From a virus: a stretch of 64,000 nucleotides of DNA. Shown piece by piece: positions 1 to 9,600 of the stretch (within the stretch, counting starts at the first letter, position 1; each line of letters opens with the position of its first letter). Location of the stretch: the IMG/VR virus record IMGVR_UViG_3300013093_000020. One strand, 5' to 3'. The notes under the pieces are model-generated. The model ran no database searches. It saw nothing but the letters and a program-made list of their open reading frames with translations, and was not told the DNA's origin. Both the position numbers and the translations under genes were made by a program.

Positions 1-3000
1 AATGTGTAGTTTTGTAAAATTTGTTTTACACCGTCGCCGTAGTTTGCAGTATTTCCTGTGGCATTTCCAGTTGAAGCATACGCTGTGTTAGTCAATGACG
101 ATGTGTTATAGTTTACAGGCCATGGTAAAACATAACTGTTTAATGTGCCTGTACCTGCATTTAACAAACTAATCAATGTAGATGCGTTATTGACTACACT
201 TGAAACAGCACTTGTACCATATGTAAATGACACATTTTGTGAAGTAGTGTTAGTCAATGAAACTGCCGATGATTGATTAGTTACTGGAGTTGCACTAGTA
301 ATAGAGAATGTTGTAGTATTAATTACAGTGTTAACATAATATGTTGTTCCACCTGTAATGCCACCAAACGAGCTGGCAAATACTACCGGTGTGCCAACAG
401 TTAACGCCGCAGTGCTTGCAGTTGTTACATAACCAGGTGATCCGCTAGTAGTAGCAGTAGCAGTTAATGTTAATGCAGAATAACTACCAACATCGCCTGC
501 TGGCAATGTAGTAACTTGTGTTGCTGTATTACCGCTAGTAGGAGTAATAGTGGTATTGCTGATCAAACTTGGTAGTAATGACTTGATACGATTTAATGCG
601 CTGGCATTTTTATTGGTAACAGATGTCAATACTGGGTCAGCTGCATATGGTTGAATTACGGTTGAGCGCAATTCGTCGCCTACTATTGCTGTATAGGTTG
701 GTAAGTTGATTGGCAACACTTCGTTGTATGTGCCGGTTTTTACGCTGATAGTTGTATTTGGATTTAATGCTACTGGTATAGCTGTAGTTGTACCTGCTAA
801 TAGTCCAGTGGTGATAATGCCTACTAGGTTTTGTGAAATTGTAGTACTACCAGTTTCTGCGGTATATCCTGTTGTAGTATTTTGAATTGCACGACTGCCT
901 ACACTAATTCCGTTTAACGATTGATAGTTGTTTGTTGGCGCAGTATTGGCCAATACATTACCAATTAAAGTGCTTAGATATGCATATCCGCCTGCACTTT
1001 GTTTTACTTGGTAACTTAAAGTTGTTGTTATAAATGTGCTAACGCCGCTGAAATATGATAGTGCGGCTGCTGTAGTTTTAGCAGTACCACCATGGCCTAG
1101 GTCATATATAACTGCATCGACAATAATGCCAGTGTCTCGTTCGCATTTTGCTGAATTGTAGCTTAACTGTGCAACCATAGATCCGCTTCCGCCTGAGAAG
1201 CTAGTTGCAGATCCGTTATAAGTTGTACTTACACTGAATGTTGTACTGCCGCCAATGCTAACCACATAGTATGTTGTTGATGCATTTACACCGCCAAATG
1301 TAGAACCAGTAAACACAATAGGCATACCAACTACTAAGTTAGCGGTCGATGCTGCTGTGATGGTTGTTGCACTGATGTTTGTAACTGTTGCCTGATATGT
1401 ATAAACAATGAAGTTTGTAACTTCTTTCATCATGAATTGTTTATTAATCTGTAACAAATATTGAGCTTGTGGATTTTGATATCCTGCTTCAATTTGTTGG
1501 CAAGCATACTGAATTGTTTTCCATGGAGTATCAACTGTTAGACCATATGTTGGTGCTGGGCCGTCAACACCTGCTGGGCCAACATAGACTAGGTTGTTGA
1601 TCAATCCATAGTTTTGCCATGCTGGATAGCCGTTTGTTGAACGCAATACTTGGCCGTTAGTGCCAATTGGTAAGCGAGTTGGACCGTTAGGACCATAGTA
1701 GAATGTATCGCCAGCTGTGGTCAGTGTTGCAACTTCGGCTCCTGCAGCTAACAAGTTCCAGTATGTGCCAGTTGTATCAGCATCTGGTCTGTTACCTGAT
1801 GCTGCTGAATGTGCTTGGACACAAATATAACTATTTGCACCAAAGAATGCAACATCGCCTAAGACATAATTAGTGCCACTGGTCCATGTCACTGAAATAC
1901 CACTATATGTAAATGTAGCAATAGCACCAGTTGATACTGTTGATACTGTAATTAGTAAATCATTAACTGGACTTAGACCGCCAATGCTGGTTCCTAAAAT
2001 TTTAATTTGATTAGATGCTGCATATCCTGATCCAGGTGCAGTATTAGTTACTGTGTACACAGTGCCTGTTCTTACCACAGTAAATGTTGCACCATTACCA
2101 GTACCGGACACATTAGTACCACTTAGACCAGTGTATGTCTGCGGATTATTAGTCCACTGTAGGCCTGAATTTAATTTGCTCCAATATGTTGCATTTCCTG
2201 GTTGTGCAGCAATCGTTGCTGAAACGCTTTGTGCGCTGGTATTGCTTAATGCAAATGCAGAACCACCAGGTGTTAGGCTAACGCTAAATTGTGTTCCAGT
2301 AAATCCACTAAGAACATAATATGTTGTTCCTGCTACTAAGTTGCCGACGTTTGATGCGACAGTAACAGACATACCAGTAACAAAACCAGTTGTTGATGCT
2401 ACTGTGATTAAATTACCAGTACTAGATGTAGCTGTAATTGTTTGTGTTAATGTTGGGCTGTCGATAATTGATAGGTATGTATAACCGTGTAATCTTACAA
2501 CAGAACCAACTTTGTAGTATGTATTGTTTACCCAGTCGCCTTGGAAACTAAATCCAGTAGTTACCGGAGTCCAATAGCTAGGAGCATTACTCGGTTGTTG
2601 GTTAGTATTAATCTGTGTGGCCACATATGAGTAACCGCCATAAGTTACGATGTCGCCTACATTATATGCTGTACTATTAGTCCAAGAATTTAAAAATTCA
2701 AATCCGTTTAAGAAAATTTGGAAATAAACACCAGTGCTGTCAATGCTCGAGCTAGAAGTGTGTGGTGAAGTACAAATATATAAGTTAGCACCAGATTTTA
2801 CAACATCGTTTAATTTATAACGAGTGCTTGCTGCCCATGTGCCAAGGTATGAAATACCTGCATTAAAAGTTTGCCATGCACTTTGATTTTGTTCTAGACC
2901 TAACGAAGCAGTACTAGCAGAGACGTGTGCTGTTGCGCAGTAGTATGCGTACCCGCCGTAAGTTACAATATCACCTAAATGATAATAGGTGTTAGTAGCC

Positions 3001-3614
3001 CATGCGCTGCGATAATTTGTGCCTAATGCAAACTGATCCCAATATGCTATTTCAGCTTCTAGTCCGCCAACTGTGGTTACTGTACCGGCAACTGTTTGGC
3101 TACCCGTTGCTGAACTTGTATATGACACAGAGCTTGTTGTACATGCTGTAACAGTAAATGTTCCATTGTATGGACCAGTAGTATTAACACCAGCAACTGT
3201 AATAGTTTGGCCAACACTGTACGGTGCCGAACCCTGTGTACTAAATGTAATAGTTGCCACAGTACCGGTACCGCTTGCACCTGTGGTTGTTAATGTTACT
3301 GCGCCTGTCGATGCGGCAGAATTATGAGCTGTATTAGCTTGGTATACAATGCCATAATACTTAACCAAGTCGCCTTTGTTATAGTATGTTGATGTTGCCC
3401 AGTTGCTTTTCCATTGTTGACCATCAGCAACTAGACTCCAGTAGCTAGGTACAGCATTTAAGTCGGTAGCAAATAAACTTGAACTTGTATTGTTAATCAC
3501 GCAAATGTAGGTTTTTCCGCCTACTGTAACAACGTCATCAACTACATAGGTGTAATTTGACTGCCATGCACCTTGATAAACAAATTTAATTCTACCTAAT
3601 AGATATTCTGCCAT
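1..3614 (-). CDS. Giant virion adhesin/fibre protein with CBM5/12-like repeats (N-terminal part; runs off the window edge; absent from the ORF track)
   Basis: ATG at 3612-3614 after an AAGGA SD. Reads MAEYLLGRIKFVYQGAWQSNYTYVVDDVVTVGGKTYIC..., with repeated W-x4-Y-x2-GD-x-V-x-Y-GG-x2-Y-x-C units. Architecture parallels the 2953-aa neighbour. Confidence 0.85.
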   Translation of the reverse strand, partial: MAEYLLGRIKFVYQGAWQSNYTYVVDDVVTVGGKTYICVINNTSSSLFATDLNAVPSYWSLVADGQQWKSNWATSTYYNKGDLVKYYGIVYQANTAHNSAASTGAVTLTTTGASGTGTVATITFSTQGSAPYSVGQTITVAGVNTTGPYNGTFTVTACTTSSVSYTSSATGSQTVAGTVTTVGGLEAEIAYWDQFALGTNYRSAWATNTYYHLGDIVTYGGYAYYCATAHVSASTASLGLEQNQSAWQTFNAGISYLGTWAASTRYKLNDVVKSGANLYICTSPHTSSSSIDSTGVYFQIFLNGFEFLNSWTNSTAYNVGDIVTYGGYSYVATQINTNQQPSNAPSYWTPVTTGFSFQGDWVNNTYYKVGSVVRLHGYTYLSIIDSPTLTQTITATSSTGNLITVASTTGFVTGMSVTVASNVGNLVAGTTYYVLSGFTGTQFSVSLTPGGSAFALSNTSAQSVSATIAAQPGNATYWSKLNSGLQWTNNPQTYTGLSGTNVSGTGNGATFTVVRTGTVYTVTNTAPGSGYAASNQIKILGTSIGGLSPVNDLLITVSTVSTGAIATFTYSGISVTWTSGTNYVLGDVAFFGANSYICVQAHSAASGNRPDADTTGTYWNLLAAGAEVATLTTAGDTFYYGPNGPTRLPIGTNGQVLRSTNGYPAWQNYGLINNLVYVGPAGVDGPAPTYGLTVDTPWKTIQYACQQIEAGYQNPQAQYLLQINKQFMMKEVTNFIVYTYQATVTNISATTITAASTANLVVGMPIVFTGSTFGGVNASTTYYVVSIGGSTTFSVSTTYNGSATSFSGGSGSMVAQLSYNSAKCERDTGIIVDAVIYDLGHGGTAKTTAAALSYFSGVSTFITTTLSYQVKQSAGGYAYLSTLIGNVLANTAPTNNYQSLNGISVGSRAIQNTTTGYTAETGSTTISQNLVGIITTGLLAGTTTAIPVALNPNTTISVKTGTYNEVLPINLPTYTAIVGDELRSTVIQPYAADPVLTSVTNKNASALNRIKSLLPSLISNTTITPTSGNTATQVTTLPAGDVGSYSALTLTATATTSGSPGYVTTASTAALTVGTPVVFASSFGGITGGTTYYVNTVINTTTFSITSATPVTNQSSAVSLTNTTSQNVSFTYGTSAVSSVVNNASTLISLLNAGTGTLNSYVLPWPVNYNTSSLTNTAYASTGNATGNTANYGDGVKQILQNYT

Positions 3615-3634
3615 TTTTTATTCCTTTGATATTA

Positions 3635-3641
3635 TATTTAT
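3635..3641 (-). promoter_or_regulatory. Late promoter (ATAAATA, T4 gp55-type)
   Basis: GATAAATA about 20 nt upstream of the ATG at 3614, in an intergenic gap. Confidence 0.65.
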
Positions 3642-3664
3642 CTTATCCTAAAACTTCATGTTTG

Positions 3665-6600
3665 TTAACGGTGAGCAAAGTTCTTAATAAAGAACGCTTG
3701 CGCCATCATTCCACCGTCAACGCCGGCATATGGCCCTTGCATGTGTACAGTGACCGGTATTTTTACGCTAGATCCGGGAGTGCCAGCAACTACGGTGCTG
3801 CCAATAATATTTGGACCACCAATCGTTACAGTACCGGCTGTAGTGTTTCCAGTAAATGTATTTGAACCGCCCTGGCTTAGACGAGCTGCAAGATAAGTTT
3901 TTACAGCTTTTTGTGTTGATAAAATGTTGTCACTATTTGCCACAAAAGTACCGTCAGTACTGAATTGAGTAATAATCACACTTGATCCGCCAACACTAAT
4001 ACCACCCAATGTCAACTGATTTAAACCTTGTAGTCCAAATTGGCTGGCACTAATTGTAACTGTGCCAGTTGCTTGTTGAACTCCAAACAAGTTACCAACT
4101 TTAAAGTTTCCGTCTTGGTCAGTCGATGTATAGAATACACGACCGTAGTTGTTTTCAATTGTTTGATTTTGTGGTGACAGCAATGTAGTTCCTGGAACAG
4201 GTACTCCTGGGTAATTACTTTGGTATTGGTCCCCGTAGCCAATATTTAAGAAGTCATGGTTGGTAGCACGAACCTGACTGTATTTTTCTCTAATTATCAA
4301 TGCAGTTCCTGTAGAAGGAGCTAACAATGTGCTCATACTTGGAGAAATTGTCAATAGCGCAGTAAAGTTAGGTGCAGTTGTTCCATATAGTCCAGTAGCA
4401 CTGGTAACTTTATAAATTGTACTATTGTTACTAATAACCAAATCGTCTCCAGGTCTTGGAAGATTTGACAAATTGTTTATGTACAAGTTATAATTGTTTT
4501 GATATTGATCTGCTGATCCAGAGCCATTTACGGCAATACTAGTTCCAGACACTGTGTATCCAGCACCATTAGATACAAATGTTGGGGTAGCTAACACGCC
4601 ATTTGCTGTTCTTAATGCATAAGGTGCTGTTGAAGTATTGTTTGGATCAAATATACTCAATGTTGGAGTTGAGGTATATCCGCTACCAGGTTCAAACTCA
4701 TATACAGTTGCCATAGTACCTGCCGATATATTTGGTCGGCCTTTTGTTTGTGCTCCTGCACTAGTAATGCTTCCTGAGTTAACTCCGCCTGTGCCGCCAA
4801 CAGTTACAAAAATACCAGTATAAGGGACAGTATTCATCACAGCAGTTACTACAGCAGTTGTACCGCCACTAGGTGGTGCAGAAACTGTAATAGTTGGAGT
4901 AGAAGTATATCCACTACCTGGTGTAATAATTGTAACTGCGGCAATGCCGCCATTTAATATTGTGCAAGTTGCAGTTGCTTGAACTGTTGCACCACCTCCA
5001 CTAAATGTCAATGTTGGTGCTGTTAAGTATCCACTTCCTGCAACTCCAATATTGTAACCTGTTACATACGCAGTACCTGTAAAACCAAATGCAGTTGCTG
5101 CAGAAGTAATTGCAACGCCAGTTCTAATTTTCCAGAAATTGCCATCCTCACTTGTATAGCAAGTTGCATTTCCAGAATTAACTGCGGTAAACACCCCTTG
5201 TCCGTAAGTTATCGAAGTTGCTGTGATTGAGTATGTGCTAGTATACCAAGTTATTCCGTCAAAGCTATAAGCAGGAGTTGCGCTAGTGCTTGAAACTGCT
5301 ACAAATCTACCGTTACCATAGGCAACGCTAGACCATGCTGTTGACACTGGTAATGTTCCGCTAGTCCACGATGCACCATTGTTAATACTATATGCGCTTT
5401 GTGTACCGCCCGATGCAACGGCTACCCATTTGTTAGCACCATAGGCCAACCCAGTCCAGGTAGTGTTAGGTAATCCAGATCCAGAACTCCATGTACTTCC
5501 GTAACTTGTCGAATATGCAACATTGCTAGTTCCTGATGCAATGGCAACGAATGTACCGTTACCGTAGACAATATTAGTCCAAGTGCTAATACTTGGCAAA
5601 TACGCTGTCTTCCAGCTTTGACCGCTTGAGTTTGATGAAATAACAAATGATCCTGGAATACTTGTTCCGCCAGTTGATATAATTACCCAAGTTCCTTGAC
5701 CGTATGCAACTCCGGTCCATGCCGCAGAGAATGGGATCGTTATTGAAGACCAATTATTTCCGTCAGAACTTCCAATAATTGTAGATCCGCCCGCAGGTAC
5801 AGCAATAAAATAATTTGCGCCATACGCTATTGCGGTATATCCTGCTCCAGCACTCTGACTTGGTAGTGTCAAATATGTTTGAGTAAATGCCGGTTGTGAG
5901 TAAGTTAATCTTGGTTCAATGTAATAAATTGTACTAGTATCAAATACTGAAACTGGAGGCGTGCCAGCAATAACATGATCCCAGCCAACTTGGCCCATCT
6001 GCATTGATCCTGTAGAACTTGCTAAAGTTACGGCCGATACACCATTGCTAGTAGCAGTAATAGTAAATGTATTTGTGCTACCGGCATTAATTGCTAGAAC
6101 ATAATATGTTGTACCTTGTGTCACGCCGCCAAACAACGGTGTTTGGAATAGTGTTGACATGCTACCGTACCCAGATGTTAGTGATTTTTTAGCGGTAGTA
6201 CTAGTTAGTGTCATAGATCCAGATCCAACAGCAGTTAAAGTAAATGTTGTTGGAGCGGTTCTAATAGTCATATAACCAGTAGCAGTTGACAATGCTACAG
6301 CTGATCCGCCAACTGTATTACTAATAGTAAATGTTGTTGCGTTGTTAATCGCTAGTATATAATACTGCGTTTCAGACACAAGTCCACCAAAACTATTGCC
6401 TGTAAAGAAAATTGGATTACCTGCAATAAATCCAGTAGTTGAAGTTACTGTGATCAAGTTTGTAATAGCTGCTGTTGATGTTGCAGTAGTATTGATTAAA
6501 CTTGTTGCTAGTTGAATATGATAAGTGTCTGGAATATTAGCAATATAATAAGTTGTACCTGCTACAACACTACCAAAAGTAGTTCCAGAAAATACTATAG

Positions 6601-9600
6601 GATTACATGGAACTAAGTTTGTAGTCGCCGTAACTGTGATCACATTAGGATATGTTACTGTGTTAATGACTACACTAGTTGCTGTTGCTGTTGCAGTAGT
6701 AGTTACTAATGCTGTACTAATAGTAAATTGTGTGCTACTAATAACATTATTAACATAGTACAGAGTTCCTGCAACTACACCGCCCAGTGTATTTCCTGTA
6801 AACTGAATGGGCATGTTTGGAGACATGTTAGTAGTTGATCCGACCATATAACCTGTGTTAGATGGGTAGTTCAAACTCATATTACCTACCGCAGTGTATA
6901 ATGATAAAATAGATCCGCTCTGTGTTGCACTAACTTGAATAGTATTATTGTCAAGAATATTACTAATATAATATGTGTAACCGCTTACTAACCCACCGAA
7001 TATGCCGCCGGCAGTGACAGTTAAAATACCAGATCCATTAGTTAATGCTAGAGTGGCACCGCCTACATATTGGCCAATAGTAATTGTTCCGCCTACACCC
7101 GGAGTTGGTATTGATAGAACATAGTATGTATTGCCTGCAACAATATTACCGAAAGCAGTACCGTTAAACACTATCGGCATACCTATTGTTATGCCAGCAG
7201 TGTTTGATAGCGTAACAAGATTACCTGCCGCAGATGTTTGTGTAGCACTAGTTGTGTAGGTAAATGCGTTACTAAATGTAATTGCCATACCAGTTGATAA
7301 CACACTAGTACCTGAAGTATAAATTGTGTTTATTTGCCCACCAGTTGTAGCTGTAACTGTAACCGTGGCTTGTGATGTTTGTGTCACTATTGAGTTATAG
7401 TAATTTGGCACAAATTGAATTGGCTGATTAACGTATAGAGTGTTAACATCTGCACTAGGATCTAGGCTAAACGCATTTGTTGCCGAACTTGAAGCATTAA
7501 TTAACACCGGAGCAAATGATTCTTTTAAGACTGTTGTATATTTGTTGCTGGCATTATATGATGATATAAATCCGTATTGGCCAACACCGGTACCGCTATT
7601 GATAAAAATTCTCATACCAATATAGTTAGTGGCAGAGTTAACATCAGATTGCGCCAAAGTAATATAACCAGTAGAACTACTGCCACCTTGTGCATTGTTA
7701 CTTGCTGTTAAATAACCAAGACCGCCGACTCCATTGCCGTTGTCTATCATTCGTGTTTGGAAAACACTATTTGAACGAATTTCATCGCCAACGGTTTGAA
7801 CACCAGTACCACTAGAATTGATAATATAATCAGCATAGGCAGTATATAATCCAGAAGTATTAGTTAGATAGAAGCCAAGTGATGCTGATCTTTCTAATTG
7901 TGCTCCGTAGACATAGGTATTACCAATTGTGCCAAAGCGAGTTCTTGGATATATCCTATATTGCAAGTTTGTATTTTGTGCAGTGGTATCGTATACTGAG
8001 AACCAAATTCTATACCAACCATTTTGTAACGTGTTTACACCATACTGTGTTGGTAATAATCCGCTACCATCTTGACTTGACGGAATAAGAGTAGCTGTGC
8101 TAAAATTAAATGTTACTGCACTTGCTCGTGTACTTGTGCCTGTAAAGAACGCATATAAATCAATTGCAGAAGCAGTACCTTGTTTAACATGTAAACTTAA
8201 AATATATGGTTGGTTAGATCCTGCAGGAACAGTGCCTGCACTACTAATACCAGACGGTGTTGAAATAGCACTACCTGTTAGATTAGTAACTGTAATAGTT
8301 AAATCGTTAGTGACGTTAACACCGCCTAACTGGCTTCCATAAATTTTGATTTGGTTACCCACAACATACCCGCTACCGCCACTGGCCACTGTAACAGAAT
8401 ATGATGTTGCATTGATAGTGATATTAAACAATGCTCCTGCACCGCTACCACTAATGTTTGATCCAGCGACGTTAGTAAAACTAGTTCCTTGCGGTGTTAC
8501 TGATACATTTTGATACAAGTAACTTGTGTCAGTACCGCCAGTGGCAGAAATAAATGTCCATGCATCGGCCAATGAGTCAGGACTTACTGTATTTTCAGTA
8601 AATGTTATATTACCGTCGTTGATCCAAGCACCGTTCTGAAAATTATTGCTATATTGCAACAAATTGGTCACGGCTGAAACATAGTTTTGACCGGCGTTAG
8701 TGTAAGTGTATTTCATTAGACCGTATGATCCAGCTGATGGGTATGTAAATGCTGGAATAACTGTAGCTGGTCCATATTGGTTATTAACTGTTGCACTGAT
8801 CGGAGTTTCGGTTGTGTCATACCCTTCAGCTACTAGTCCAAATGTACCGTATGAGCTGTTACCGTTTGTTGCACGAATTTTTCCGCCCGCTTCAGCAAAA
8901 TAACTTGTGTAAGCATAGTAAGAGAATACAGACACACATTCAGTAAGTGCTCCTGGTCCATAACACCAAATACCAATACCATCACTAATAACCTGTGTAA
9001 AGTCGTTTGAAACAATAGATTTATTCCCACCATTATGCAGTGTTCCGTCAATTTTACATCCAACGCTGCCTACACCAAATGTAGTGACGTTTTGTACATA
9101 AGGAGATCTACGGAAAATCCACGCTGTTGTATCACTTGGACCAGTGCCTGGATCTAACGCAACATAGGCATTACCTGTTGGTCGTTGAGTCGCATATTGA
9201 TTTTGTGCAGTTAATGTACCTAATTTTCCAACTAGACTCATATTGCGTAAGCCGCTGCCGTTTCTCATGCGGAACATGTCTACGATTGCATGCCCGCCGA
9301 TGGCTTGCATTAAACCATTACCTCCGGATAATGTTATCAATACAGATCCAGTTACTAATGATCCTTGTGTTTGTGATAGGTTAGACACTGACCCCACAGC
9401 GTATGCTAACCCATTAGGAGTAGTGCTTACTGTTATTGCTCCAGTAGCTGTTGTTAGTATGTAGTATACTGCTCCTGGAATAATATTTCCAAACCCAGTA
9501 TTAAATGCTATAGGTGCCCCGACTGTTAAACCAGCAGAACTAGTAACTGTTATGGTGCTGCCTAACGCTCCGGTTACTGTTATAGCCGGAGTACTAGAAC